Source of the DNA: Octopus sinensis | Lineage: Eukaryota | Assembly: GCF_006345805.1 (NCBI RefSeq) | Contig: NC_042997.1 | Location: 3,038,001-3,102,000, forward strand | Length of the DNA stretch: 64,000 nucleotides | Direction of reading: 5' to 3' | Part shown: positions 12,561 to 26,322 of the stretch, in pieces | How the letters are laid out: the number at the start of each line of letters is the position of its first letter | How positions within the stretch are numbered: position 1 is the first letter of the stretch | The notes under the pieces: generated by a model | The model's input: only the letters and a program-made list of their open reading frames with translations | What the model was told of the DNA's origin: nothing | The model's database searches: none | Program-made: the position numbers and the translations under genes

Positions 12561-13649
12561 CATTAAAATAGCTAATAAACTAGATACAATTCCTGAAAAA
12601 ATTTTATATTTCATACCATTTATGAAAAGCAAAAGAAATATTTAGCACAAAGTCAAATATATAAATAAAATTAAAGCAGCTATGAGTATGATGCCAAAAT
12701 TTTATTACAAGCCAGGTATTAGTAAGGATACTGATAGTGAGCAAAAAGAATAGTAATGAAATTATGACGGCCGTTAAAAGGACATGAGACTACAAGCAGA
12801 GTCCACTCTCTTCCAACGTCAGGGTTAAGCTACTGGACTTAAGAAAATATCCCTCTTTTTTCGTCCCAAGCGCATTGGCGCTGAAAGTGGGCTTTAGTGC
12901 TAATATGTATACCATGACTATAGCACGAAGAAGAGAAGAAGCTAACCAGTTATAAGATAATAGGTAGATATGAACACATCAAGCAAGTTTAAATTTTATC
13001 CATTTGTCTATAGTAATATTAGCAATTAAATGATTGCCGAATTGCTATACAAATTTTGCAATGTAACACTAGCTTATCTTAGAATATAATTTAAAACAAT
13101 CAAGAGTTAAACGTCTTGCGTGATAAGGTGAAAAAAGCAAATCGCGTTTTATGCGAAACTCCTAAACTACGCGAATTGCAGATAGCTATTTAGATTCGGA
13201 TAAAACAATACCAGCGTTTTAAAGAGTGACACAGTCTGAATATAATTCCAGTCACAATAATATATATATGTTGACAAAAATCAATATGTGACCAATACAC
13301 GAAATTACTCGACAGAATGGAATAAAATCAGAGTAAAGTGCAACGATGCCTCTAAATCGGTGGATTCCAAGCAGAAAAGAAAGGTCATATTTTAGTATCA
13401 GAATATCAATAACACAAATAGAACGAGAATAATATAATCAGTACAATGATTGTGAATGTAATTTCTGGTTATCCAGCTTTGCAAAGTTAGGTTACATAAA
13501 GTAATGCAATCCGATTGGACGCTGTCTGTATTGAGAAACAGGCGACACGTTGATGTGGAAAGGAATTAAAAATGTCAAATGCATGTACGAAAAAGAAAAA
13601 AAAAAATTCCAAAAGACTCAAATACAATAACGTAGAATAAGTTTAAAGA

Positions 13650-13803
13650 AAGGAAGAGGAGAGGAAGAAGAAAAGCGGTAGAGGAAGGAGGAAGAAGAAG
13701 GAGGAATTGTAGTAGTAGGTGGTGTGGAGAAGTAGATGAAGAAGAAGAAGAAAAAAGAAGAAAAAAGAAGAAGAAGAAAAAGAAGAAGAAGGAGAAGAAG
13801 AAC
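13650..13803 (+). repeat. Purine-rich (GGA/GAA)n low-complexity tract
   Basis: gaagaagaag... runs, directly visible. Confidence 0.9.
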
Positions 13804-13972
13804 TTTCTAGCAAGACTACTCTATACCTGACTTAAAATTTAACAATGGGTGATATCAAATTCAGTGGAATGAAATAATTTATTCTACAATATTACTAAGA
13901 TTCATGAATCGAGCTATTAAAAAAAGTGTAGTTAATATCAACTTGATGAGTCTCAATAACCGCTTACCACAA

Positions 13973-14342
13973 TACTCTTACTCTTTTACTCTTTTACTTG
14001 TTTCAGTCATTTGACTGTGGCCATGCCGGAGCACCACCTTCTTTAGTCGAGCAAATCGACCCCAAGACTTATTCTTTGTAAGCCTAGTACTTATTCTATC
14101 GGGATTTTTTGCCGAACCGCTTAGTTACGGGGACGTAAACACAACTCACATATATATACATATATACATATATATATGACGGGCTTTTTTCAGTTTCCGT
14201 CTACCAAATCCACTCACAAAGCTTTGATCGGCCCGAGGCTATAGTAGAAGACACTTACTCAAGGTGCCACGCAGTAGGAATGACCGGAAACCATGTGGTT
14301 GGTGAGCAAGCTACTTACCACACAGCCACTGCTACGCCTATG
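13973..14342 (-). mobile_element. tRNA-derived SINE family C, full length, with internal microsatellite
   Basis: Minus strand: head aggcgtagcagtggctgtgtggtaagtagcttgctcaccaaccacatggtttccggtc..., CORE-like ccttgagtaagtgtcttctactatagcc, short internal (TA) tract, 3' body and aagagtaaaagagta tail. Matches the copies at 24265 and 55539. Confidence 0.92.
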
Positions 14343-17009
14343 TAGCGTTTATCAACAGAAATATATTTTTCCTTGCGTTTTGCTTTTGATACTTGACTGA
14401 CCAGTGTTCATATGTAGTACATTGCTTGGTATTGTTTAATCGTACAGAATTTCTGTTGCAACTATACTATTGGATACTACCTATTCAATCTGGAAGTTAA
14501 GTAAAAGATTTACTACAAAAATAAAAGTGAAAAGTAGAGTTATTGTTTCGATATATTGTCATGGTACATTTTAGCATGGATATTCAGCGAAAATATTTAA
14601 GCACTCCCGAAGGAAATGCAATGAAAATTTAGAGAAAAATCTATTGTTTCACCTGTCAAATAAATAAGTATTTGTGAGAGATGTGTAACATGTGTTCTGT
14701 ATTTATTCGCCGAAATTTTGATATATTGCCGGCACAGCTGAGTTCTACATGGAAGGAGAAAGATTTTTCAGGTTATGTGCAAGATAAAATCACATTTATT
14801 GTTTAAATTTATAAACGATGAAATACAATTTAGAAATATAAATTTGTATTTTGAAAAATACTATTTCGTATATTCATCTTTTTGCTAAGCCAAGTAAAAT
14901 ATTATTTAAAATATAAGCAAGCTTTTTGTAGAAACTGTTTTCAGATATATTATTTGTAAATGGGTCTTATCAAAAATATATACGAGTTTGTCTCGGGGAA
15001 TAAAGATCGAGTGCAATTAGAAAATTATTTCATGGCCGCATATTATTAGACTCAGAAAAAAGAAAAAAATATATAGATAGATATATCTACTAATTAGTAG
15101 ATATGTTTTTTCATAATCTTGCCGGAAAACACAAGACTGGTATCAAAGTTTCCCCCAAATGAGTTTTTGCTGTCCATGCTTCGATAGTCAAACGTGTAGA
15201 AGTAAATACATTTCTCCCATCACATTCACCAACTGAGGAATTACTGCCGTTTATAAAAAAAAAAGGAGCTAAAAAACTGAAACGAATACATATCATATCA
15301 ATTTAATTCCTTACGCATGGGATTAAATTTACACAAATATCGCATTCCATACACTATGTACATAGTGGTAAATAGTTCCACAATCAAATCCCCCAAAGTA
15401 TTGAACAAGTGACATGTGCACATATATGCTGGCACACAAATTGATACCACTCAACAAGTCACAATGGTGCACTAATTCATAAAACATACAGAAGCATTCT
15501 TACATGAATAAGTAAATGTGTGTTTGTGTTTTCGTTTCTTCAATATAATATAAAATTATAAAATACACATTTCAGAGTATTCATCGTCTCGATGCAGTCG
15601 TTTACATTTTTATCCGTTTCTATTCAACGTGCTTAATTTTAAGATTAAAGCAGAGTGACAAATCAATAATCTTCAAGTAGAAATGCTATGCATTATATGT
15701 AATAAACAATGTGCAATATTAGTTGCGAAATATTTACTTTTCGTTTGATTTATTCCATCCCCGTGTTATTTTCGGTTTAATTCTTGCTTTTCATAGTATT
15801 GTTGATTGCATGAAGGCGTGGCATAGATAAATCTTACAAAGTGTATTGGCATACGATAACACTTGTTTCCTAAGGAAAGAAACTACGCCACTTAATATAC
15901 ATGAAAATCCACTTGTAAAAATGTGCTAGTTTTGCTTTAGGCAGTCATTCGATTAGAGGATTAATTTGATTGGAGCTTAGATAAGAGTTGCAAAAGGATT
16001 TATTTACTTGTAAATCGGCGAGAAACATGGCATTTGGTGGTAAGGGAAATATCAGCTGAATAATTAGCATTCTGTTTGAAATAATAGTCATTAATGTAAG
16101 TTTGTGAAGCCATTAAACTATTTAACGAAATCAATTCCGTGTGCATAAATCGCATAGTTAGTAAGACATAGTTCTTCTCTGTATAAAGCTATATTTCTCA
16201 AATGTCTTCTCTTCATCTTAGAAGACAGTATATGGTAGTCTGCTGCGATTTACAATCAGCACCTATCAATAATCATTATATTTGGAATTCATTATATCTC
16301 ATACTAAGAAACTCGACCTAAATGTTTGCGTTACTTCTAATTAAGCAAAAATTGTAATAGGAGAATTTATCTCTTTTCATTGCCATAAGACACTTTATTA
16401 TAAGCGCGGGAAGAGAGAAAAGTGTAGAAATTCAAACCGAATTGTATAATGAGATGGATTAGTTATGAAACACAAATATTTGCAAGAAGTATATATTGCA
16501 AAATTACATCATATTTCTAATATACTTGCTTCAATAAAGAGTTATATACTCTTTAAAACGTATGCTCATATTCAGAGCTGGCCGTGAAAAACAGAGTTAT
16601 TACTGCAAAACTAATATAAAATCTATCGAACCAGGTAACAGTTGAATAACTAATTTGGCTGTTAGTTTCAACTTAGAGCAAAGTGTGGTATAGCAACATG
16701 AACAATAGTTTTAATTCCAAACACCTGCTGTTTCTGCAATCTTATCCTCTATAAACGCCATTAAAATAATAAATAATTTAATAATAAAAGCCGAATATGC
16801 CGATTGGCATTGACATAATTATATGCCACAATAATCTGTATTTCAACTACGTATATTCGTCGAAACATAGTGACCATTATTTCTTTTAATTACAGCTAAC
16901 CTGGTTAAGAAATCGGGATTTGTTTTAGGAATGGCTTGCTTCTGATCGTATTAACAAACACTCTCGAATGGTAAAAATATATGTCGTAATATAAAAGTTA
17001 TTATTAAGG

Positions 17010-17210
17010 CAGCGCGTTGGTGGGATCGTAAGCACATCGGGTAAGATTATTAGCGTTATTACTTCCGTTTATATGTTCTGAGTTCGAATTCCACCTTTGC
17101 CTTTCATGGTATAGGAGTCGATAAAATAAGTATCAGTGAAGTGTTGATGTAATCGAGTTACCTCTTCAGCGAAATTGCTGGCCTTGCACCAACATATTGG
17201 AAGCTAATAT
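17010..17210 (+). mobile_element. SINE family A, decayed
   Basis: gttctgagttcgaattcc...tttgcctttcat...gtcgataaaataagtatcag...gatgtaatcga. Confidence 0.8.
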
Positions 17211-17624
17211 CAAGTTAGTATCATTTAAGTACCTGCTACATTTTATTTCATTTACAAACATGAAGATATTGCAGATATTGCAGTGAAATTATGTAAACCG
17301 ACAAACATAGACGCTGACTGGTACATATGAAAAGTATTACAGTATTTAACGCTTTTAGAGTTGAAGTTATAGTACGCTCTTTAAATTACTCCAATCTATA
17401 ACTGCAACATAATTCAATCAATATAATAATATCAACGAGTGCTAGCTGTTTAACGTACTTTTCATCATCAGTATTATTGCTGCTCAATAGTAAAAACCCT
17501 AACATAAACCATCAACTCTAACATTTGCGTTAATATATATTGGAACTAGAAAGTAACTGTCAGTAAATGACCCTCAACATTAAAGCTTATAAGATATTAA
17601 TACTGAAAATGTTTGAAATACCGT

Positions 17625-17810
17625 TAAGCATTTAGCATACCGGGCAAAATGCTTTGCAGCATTTCGACCGTCTTTACGTTGAGTTCAACTGCTGCCGAGT
17701 TCCACTTTGCTTTTCATTCTGCCGGGACGATACAATACCACTCGATATGATTGACTCATCACTATCCCCGAACTTGCTGGGATTATGCCAATAATTTAAA
17801 CTATATTTTC
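17625..17810 (+). mobile_element. SINE family A, decayed
   Basis: gcatttcgaccgtctttacgttgagttcaactgctgccgagttccactttgcttttcatt. Confidence 0.75.
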
Positions 17811-18197
17811 ATTAAGCTTTCTGACCAATGTTTACAATTTGTGAAAAAAAAATATATGAAAAGATTTTAGTGTAAATGATAACATTTATGACTAGGCGTT
17901 TTTGCTAGAATTTGTATTTTTATGTCTATACTATTCAACAGCGATGCAAGACAGTCTGCCCTCAGGAAGGGGAATATGTGATGAGTAGAATCTAAGTAGT
18001 AACGAATATGCAAAGCAAATATTTAAAACAAGCCATATGAGCTTATAGTTTGAGAAGGACTTTTCATCTCTTGACCTTTGAAAGTATACATACTTGTTAA
18101 ATATGTAGTATAGTTAGTGGTATATTAGCATCACTGTACAATTAATCGTATATTGATGCGATGGGCGAAACTTTTCCCGCAACCTATAGCAATACAG

Positions 18198-18281
18198 GAA
18201 ATCCCTTCTCTTATGACAGAAATCGGTTCTCTTATACTGGTAGTCTCTTCTTTTATATAGTTAATCTCTTCCCTTATACCG
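18198..18281. repeat. Degenerate 21-bp minisatellite, 4 units
   Basis: gaaatcccttctcttatgaca / gaaatcggttctcttatactg / gtagtctcttcttttatatag / ttaatctcttcccttataccg. Confidence 0.7.
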
Positions 18282-18424
18282 AAAAGCCCAACATCGCTCC
18301 GACTTAATTCTGCCCCAGAATACCTATACACATCCGTCATTCCCTCCCTTCCAAACCATGTTCCTCCTTCTTCCTTTCACTCATCCATTTCTCTCTTTCT
18401 CTCTCTCTGTTTCACTCTCTCACT

Positions 18425-18471
18425 ATACATACATACATACATACATATATGTGTATGTATACATATATGTG

Positions 18472-18526
<55 letters not shown>

Positions 18527-18537
18527 TATATATATAT

Positions 18538-18573
<36 letters not shown>

Positions 18574-18600
18574 AGACATATATATATATATATTTCTATA
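18425..18600. repeat. (TA)n-rich microsatellite
   Basis: Directly visible. Confidence 0.95.
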
Positions 18601-18669
18601 TGTAGAGAAGAAAACCAAGGACCCATTTTAAACTTTGTTGGGATCTTACATATATACCGTTCTGCCTGA

Positions 18670-19443
18670 GAAATGTATCGACAACATACTCCATGTGAGA
18701 CTTGAGAATATTCTGCACAAAGGTCTTCGTTGTGTCAAATAAATTGGCATGACAATCTTTACTCGATGGATGCCGCGTCCACTGATAACTGATCGAAAGC
18801 TCATCAGACTGATTACATGGCGGACAAATCTTACATTGTTTGAAGCAGTTTTCTTTTCCTTGGACGTTTGTTTAACCAGAGCGAGTGTTTTGAATATACC
18901 TGTGAGCCAGAGACAAAGAGACAATCTATACAATGGAAACACGCCTCCTCACCTGTTCCCTAATAGCCAAGGTTGTTTCATTCGCAGTTAAGGTGACCTC
19001 ACTTTTGTGGGATGCACACAATATTGTGTGTATTGACTATTTTCAAAGATCCCATCCTCGATGAAGAGTACTGTGTCAAAAGCATTTACAAAAAGTGAAA
19101 CTCCCTTTTTTCATCAGACAATACTCAAGCGTGAAACTGGATTTGAATTTCTTGATCACCTTCCCTATTCTCCAGATTTCGCTGCATCTAACTGTAATTC
19201 GTTTCACAAATGAAAGCTAAAAAAGCACTTGGCTGGGAACTAGTAGTGCAGTGATGGTGTCGTCATAAATTCTATTCAAATCTGTTGTCACCAACAGGAT
19301 GGAAACGTCTTTACCATTGGGATGCAAGCAATGCAACACTGAACAAAAACGTGCGTATACTTTTATGAAAACTAAACCACCATTTCGTCACATTCCGTGA
19401 GAGCATATTATTTAGCCTAAGTTCTTATCGGCCGATCTTCGTA
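18670..19443 (+). mobile_element. Tc1/mariner (mariner-type) DNA transposon remnant, 5'-truncated, with right end
   Basis: RLENILH...GMTIFTRWMPRPL (WVPRxLT motif), PETKRQSIQWKH, HLPYSPDFAASN (YSPDLAPSD motif), many frameshifts and deletions. Ends ...ggccgatcttcgTA, a TIR-like end plus TA target. Confidence 0.88.
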
Positions 19444-19449
19444 CCACAG

Positions 19450-20190
19450 ACAAATATAAGCAGAGTTAGATATCACGTCGTACTGAAAACCAGAATCTAA
19501 TGGATAATTAACGCATCAGGAGATAGGTCAAAGATTATGCCAATCATTTCGGATCCAACGTCAAGCGAAATTCATTATTCTACCTTTCACCAACATGATC
19601 ATGATAGGTGCGTTACGCTATCTGAGGGACCAAAGAGAATTGAGTTATCCTCTTTTTTGTCCAATATAGAATGTTATGAATTTTCTCTGATATGATGATT
19701 TGAAATTGTCTTAATAAAGTGAGGCTTGAGCCGCAGGGCTCACTGATCTCTCTTATATAGTAGTTTTACCTCTCATCTGAATGTCTGTTGACATAGGCAA
19801 TGAAGTGTCTCAGAGGTTGATTTGCTTTATCGTTGCCATTCTCAATAATTTGTTCTTTAAATCCTACCAAAGTTAAACCAATATGTCACTGTTTCTGGGT
19901 TGAAAAATGAAGTAATAGTTTTGTGCTGCCATCGATTTTTCTCGTCTAACACCTGATTTAGTCTGTTTTTCCCGCTTATGAGTGAAATTGGTTGTATGAT
20001 TACAAATGCAACTGATGATGATTTTATCGTTCGTTTCTTATGTATATATTTGACAATTTCTTCTATATTTCATGAGTATTTTCCTATTATATATCGCTGC
20101 TTTCTCATTGGAGGGAAACATAGGAATATCTGTTTCAACAAAAATATTTGCACTTTGTTCCAAATGAGATTTTTCAGCTACTGCAAATAA
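19450..20190 (-). mobile_element. Possible highly decayed CR1-group LINE (EN-RT linker region)
   Basis: Patchy minus-strand frames EKNRWQHKTITSFFNPETVTYW and IIENGNDKANQ resemble AKNxW...PxTxxKxYW...ENG...EKAN of CR1/Crack-like ORF2. Weak. Confidence 0.28.
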
Positions 20191-20754
20191 TACTTTTTCC
20201 TACCAAAACGATAAATTCAGTCTCGTCTCAGAACAAAATATGGAGGTGGAGAGAGAAATACCAATAATATCTAATGCATGATAATCTGTAAAGCCTCAAT
20301 GAATAACCAGAGATTTTAACAAGTCACAAACTAATAGGAAACCTAATAATGGAATCTAAATCTCTTGCAGCAAATATTTTTTGTAGTTACGTCGTTTAAG
20401 CAAATATGTTAAAGTTATATTTCGGAAATCAAGCTGTCAAATACGGTTGTTGACTGTATAGTTAGTCTACTTCCATAAGATACTTATCGTATAAGCTGAT
20501 TTTTGATTCCGAAGAAGTTTTTAAACTAGGTTACTGGCGTATCAACAACTAAAACAACAAGTTCCAGCCTTTCTTCATTCACGAAATCGAATACAACAAT
20601 GTTGAACCATCGTGATTATTTGAATACTCGTTCAAAGTATCGACGCTGGTCAAACAAAAACAAAAAGAGGAAAAAGGGGGAATATTTAAAAATCTGGTGA
20701 CAAGATGGATACACAGAAAAATCTAACCCCTGTATAATAACTTAGCTATATACT

Positions 20755-21010
20755 TTCTGAGGATTAAGAGGAGACTCCACCTCGGTCATGAAGTCGAGGC
20801 AAGTTTCTTTTTTATTGACGACCAGAAGTCGCCCATGCATAATCTTCCCTTCCACGCCACCGATGTTAGCTAAGGGAAAGGCAAACACCAATATAGCTTG
20901 GCACCTGTGACAAACCTCCTACACCCGGATATGTCTCTAACAAAAATAACTCTTTGGAAGAGTGGGCCATGGTGACTAAAAGACTTCACCAGGTGGTGCT
21001 ATTAAGTCGG
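20755..21010. repeat. Interspersed repeat remnant
   Basis: GC-rich block (ccacgccaccgatgttagctaagggaaaggcaaac...tatagcttggcacc) that I recall as an octopus SINE/LINE-associated repeat. Family not assigned. Confidence 0.5.
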
Positions 21011-21184
21011 ACATGTCCTGGGCCTATACTGGCCGAAATCTATCAAAGTTATCATCCACAGATTAGAATATTTGCTGCAACTGAACCATATTTAGTACAC
21101 TTTAATTTCGTTATGGAGTGACATGAAACTTGCCACAATATGTTAAGTAAATTCCGGTGCCAACTAAATACTTTCTAATCTAAA

Positions 21185-21330
21185 TAAACGAACTAAAATT
21201 TTTGGAATGGGTCAAGTCGCTTCATTGGCCTCTTGTAGTAATTATTTAATCGACTCCAAAGTGATGAAAGCCATTTCGAACATGGGGACGTTTAATTTCA
21301 AAACATTGAGCCGGACAAAATTCTATCAAA
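21185..21330 (-). mobile_element. SINE family A, highly decayed
   Basis: attatttaatcgactccaaagtgatgaaagcc...tttaatttcaaaaca matches the reverse-complement module. Confidence 0.55.
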
Positions 21331-21879
21331 TCGCAGCCTTTCCTTGTTAACTATATAATTACACATCAACGTCCATTTTTTAGGGCATGCATTGAATGGT
21401 TGCAATATTATCACGTTATTGTCATCTCTACGCGCAATTCCTCTCACAGGCACACACACACACACACACACGCACACACACAGCTAGATGTATGAACGTG
21501 TGTATTTCAATGATGTGCATGCGTGTGATGTGCCTAATATATGCATGTATGTATATATTTAGCGGTTAGTATACATACATATATCTCTATTTCAATATCT
21601 ATTTTATATCAGAAAATAATTCACTTCCCTAATAAATAGGAATACATCATTCTTTATCGATTCCTCTGAATGGTTCCATTTTGAATGTTGATAATGATTA
21701 TTTTCATGGACAATGATATCATCAATATAAAATTTCGCTTTCATAATTCCCCTTTCATATCAATTACATCTCCACTTTTAATCGCATTCTTTTGATCACA
21801 GGTTATGTTGGTGATTATCAAATAAATTTCCATAGCGTTATCATGCTTGGCGTAATTTCCCAATAACTATTATGTAGTT

Positions 21880-21892
21880 TTATATATATATA

Positions 21893-21936
<44 letters not shown>

Positions 21937-22009
21937 ACTCACATATGCATAGACAAACATATACATGTACATACATAAATACATACACACACACACATAT
22001 ATATATATA

Positions 22010-22094
<85 letters not shown>

Positions 22095-22095
22095 C
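21880..22095. repeat. (TA)n-rich microsatellite cluster
   Basis: Directly visible. Confidence 0.95.
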
Positions 22096-22879
22096 ATTAT
22101 TAAATACAAAGGTACATATAGACAGATACATAAGCACCAATATAAATAATTATACATATATACGAATATATGTGTGTATATAAGGTATACATACATATAC
22201 ACTTATATATATATATACATACATATGTACATGTATATATAGGTGTGTGTGAGTGTGCGTGTTTGTGTGTGTCTGAGTAAATATATCAATAGATAGATCT
22301 AGATAGGATAGCGTTAACATTTAAAACGGAAAATGAAATGAAATATAATGTTGCCTAATTGTTTTTTAGTGAGGAAAAGTAATAACATTTTCAACAGAGA
22401 TTGTAATAGCCAGATACCTTTCATGGTAACATTTTAGTTATGCTTTATTTTTTTATATATATTATTTTGTTTTTCAGCTAAATTCTCATTTCCAATGCTG
22501 GTTTTTGGGATGATTTTTGTAAGTTTATCATTTTTCACATATTGCGTTGTATGTAAAGTAATAACACGTATATTTCAGACACAAATATCTCATCTTAATC
22601 ATCAATATATAATTATTTATCGCTTTCGTTATACGCTTACATATATAGAGATAGAATAAGAGCTATGCAGATTCAAATGAATGAAGGAAAGGAGGAATAT
22701 ATGAAAGAACACATAGGTAAATGAATGTATACATGAGAGTTGAAACAAATAAAATCACACATATAATAATATACGTAACATTTATGTAAATAAATACATC
22801 ATAAAGTAATCACGCACATGCATTCACATTATATGGAGGTATACATCCACAGATTAACACATCCCACTCGCACGTATAT

Positions 22880-22959
22880 CTATCTATCTATCTATCTATC
22901 ATCAATCTGCCTATGTATGTATTTATATATATATCTATATATATATCTATATCTATATA

Positions 22960-23040
<81 letters not shown>

Positions 23041-23149
23041 CATACATAGATACATAGAGAGAGAGATAGATAGTTAGATATACATATTCATAGATATATA
23101 TTCATCCATAAACATTGTATATTATATATAAATCATCTATACTGCTACA

Positions 23150-23200
<51 letters not shown>

Positions 23201-23310
23201 TATATATATTATATATATATATATATATATGTATGCATATATATATATATATATAATATAATATATATATATATAGATATATATATATATACGTGTGTGT
23301 GTGTGTGTGT
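22880..23310. repeat. (TATC)/(TA)n microsatellite cluster
   Basis: Directly visible. Confidence 0.95.
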
Positions 23311-23925
23311 ATATGAAATATGATTGATATATTGATATATTTGAAACCAACATTATATGAATATTTTGATGCCTGGTTTCTACTGCAATTATGAAATTTT
23401 ATAGAGTATTTATACATACACGTGACCAATTATATATCACTAAATTTGAATGTGCATTTATGAATAGGTGTTCTATAATTCATCTGTTTAATATTGGCGT
23501 TGATTTCCTAATTACAGGCCGTCAGTGGAATATCTAATTCATACAGCGTAATCAAAGTTTAATGAAAGGCATGCCGCTATTTAATGTGTAGCTGTAAATA
23601 ATATTATGCCGTGTTTCCTACTTCATTCATTCATTATATTTCATGATGTTTTTCTTCATTTTGTTCTATGCAGCAACAATTTATATGGTCTTATGATGTA
23701 GCTGTAATCCTCGATGAAATTGTAATCTAATTCAGTAAGGGAACCACGTTTTTTATACCGCATCTGACATTCCTTTTCAAACTAGCATAGTAATTACTGG
23801 CAAAAACACACACATACACAAACACACATACACCGGCACATACAGACACGCGTGCACATACAAACGCTCACACATGCAGACACGTGCTCACACACACACG
23901 TACACGAACATCATTCTCATATGGC

Positions 23926-23991
<66 letters not shown>

Positions 23992-24264
23992 TCACAAAGG
24001 AATATAAGGATAAAAATGATGTTTATTATTTTTATCAAGTAGTCAGTATGCTATAATGTGATTTTTATCCTTATCCTTATTTTCCTTTATGAATTACTGA
24101 GATATTCTAAGAACTTTTTAACTCCTGACAAGAAAAGCATTTACTGCTTCACTATTCCTATAATATACACGTTGGCGGTCGTGAAGGGATGTATGAATCG
24201 ACGTTCTTTCCATCTATACGTGCAAATAATTGTATGTAGACGTGTGGACATGCTTTGGGCGGTA

Positions 24265-24676
24265 TACTCTTCCACTCTTTTACTTGTTTCAGTCATTTGA
24301 CTGCGACCATGCTGGAGCACTGCCTTTAATCGAGCAACTCGACCCCGGGGCTTTATTCTTTGTAAGCCCAGTACTTATTCTATCGGTCTCTTTTGCCGAA
24401 CCGCTAGGTGACGGGGACATAAACACACCAGCATCGATTGTCAAGCAATGCTAGGGGTACAAACACAGACACACAAACACCCACACATATATATACACAT
24501 ATACACATATATACGACGGGCTTCTTTCAGTTTCCGTCTACTAAATCCACTCATAAGGCTTTGGTCGGCCCGAGGCTATAGTAGAAGACACTTGCCCAAG
24601 GTGCCACGCAGTGGGACTGAAGTCGGAACCATGTGGTTGGTAAACAAGCTACTTACCACACAGCCACTCCACCGCC
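24265..24676 (-). mobile_element. SINE family C, full length
   Basis: Same head, CORE-like segment, internal CA/TA tract and 3' body as 13973-14342. Confidence 0.92.
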
Positions 24677-24939
24677 AATATATACTTATTTGGACTTATA
24701 TTTCTCCTATCCGTGTATTGTATTGACGAAAGCTATTTTTGCTTTAATCCATAATTGGAATCAATTCACAATTAACGTGAGGGCTTCTTATAAATCTTCT
24801 TCCACTAGCCCGATTTCAGCCACGTGTATATTTTAGGTGGAGATTTTGTTAGTTTTTGAAAATATCGGCATTACAAGCATGCTGGTGTAAGGCCTTTTTC
24901 CGTTCGATCTTCCTTGGTATAATTAAATACTCTCACACA

Positions 24940-25018
24940 TGCACACACATACATATATGTATATATATATATATATATTATATATATATATATATATATC
25001 TATATATATATATATATA

Positions 25019-25096
<78 letters not shown>

Positions 25097-25152
25097 GATA
25101 TATATATATATATGTATATATGTATATATGTATATATATATATGTATATATA
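24940..25152. repeat. (TA)n-rich microsatellite
   Basis: Directly visible. Confidence 0.95.
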
Positions 25153-26280
25153 TAAATCATATAAAATAGAGAATGTTTACACAGAATAAGCAATGTATGT
25201 ATTATAATAATATTCAATTCATGAGGCTTACACACGTTTCAGATTAATTTACTTAAATCCATATTTATGTATTTAAATTTGTTTATGAATTTGAAAAAGT
25301 AAAATATTTCATGGGGGCAAGTATTTATCAAAATAAAAATTGACCATTATTTTATACATCCTAACGGATGGATAGCTTATTTCATTTGCATTGTGGTCTT
25401 TACGTCTTTGATTATGTTCTAAAGATAGCAAGGGGTTTGTTTTGACATCAGTGGACAAGGGATAAGCATAGTTAAGAAGAACTAGGTCATGTTAACATCC
25501 TCTCTCTTTATTGGTGCAAAATAGCTTTTTACAAGCTGGTCATTTATCATTGTCTCTAAAACACTTTCATCATTAACTATAGTTTTATTGACCCCTTGAT
25601 CATTTGTACTCTCTATATAACTCTTCATATGCATTGGTAATAATATAAATCCAGGTATGTACTTATTTTCTACCTTTTACTTATTTATTTATTGATTTTG
25701 TTTCTTCTTATTATGAGAAGTTATATGTCAATATGTTACTTATATAAATTATCTGTTCTTACCTATAATTGTGTATTTAATTAATGGTGTAGATGTATGA
25801 TTGTCATTTACTATGAAAAGAGTGTCAATGTTTACCTAAAATTAGTTAATTACAAAGAAAATATATTTAACTTTTTTGGAACTTAGGTATTGCATTATTC
25901 TTACAATGTTTACTCAGATTAAACTTATTCAAATTCAATAAATATAAATATAATATCTTTAACTATATGAATAGACAAAAATCCAGTTTCGCTCTTTTTA
26001 ATAGCATAATTTATTTGGATATGCTACGATATTCGTCAATTTAATTAATAGTGTAGACGTACAATTCTTAGGGAGCATATACCTGGTAGTTAATTATTTA
26101 ACTAAAGTTATTTGCAATCAACGAAACTATAGTTAACATTAATAATTATTCTTATGTCTATTGTACTATTCACTCAGTTTCTATTTATTTATATTATTTT
26201 CAATTTATCTGAAGTTATTAAATGTATATTTAATCTTATGTACACAATAAAAAAAAGCTCTTTCTCTCTTGTTTAACAAT

Positions 26281-26322
<42 letters not shown>

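Noticed and set aside
15111-15296. LTIEAWTAKTHLGETLIPV, vaguely C2-domain-like
   Set aside because: Similarity too short, and no usable splice donor.
20028-20183. Minus-strand acceptor plus open frame AEKSHLEQSANIFVETDIPMFPSNEK...
   Set aside because: No donor; the surrounding frames look like a decayed CR1-group LINE.
22478-22518. 41-nt + strand micro-exon (tttttcag|...|gtaagt) encoding MLVFGMIF
   Set aside because: Splice-like signals are frequent by chance in AT-rich DNA, and the next acceptor (about 23672) gives a stop after 18 codons.
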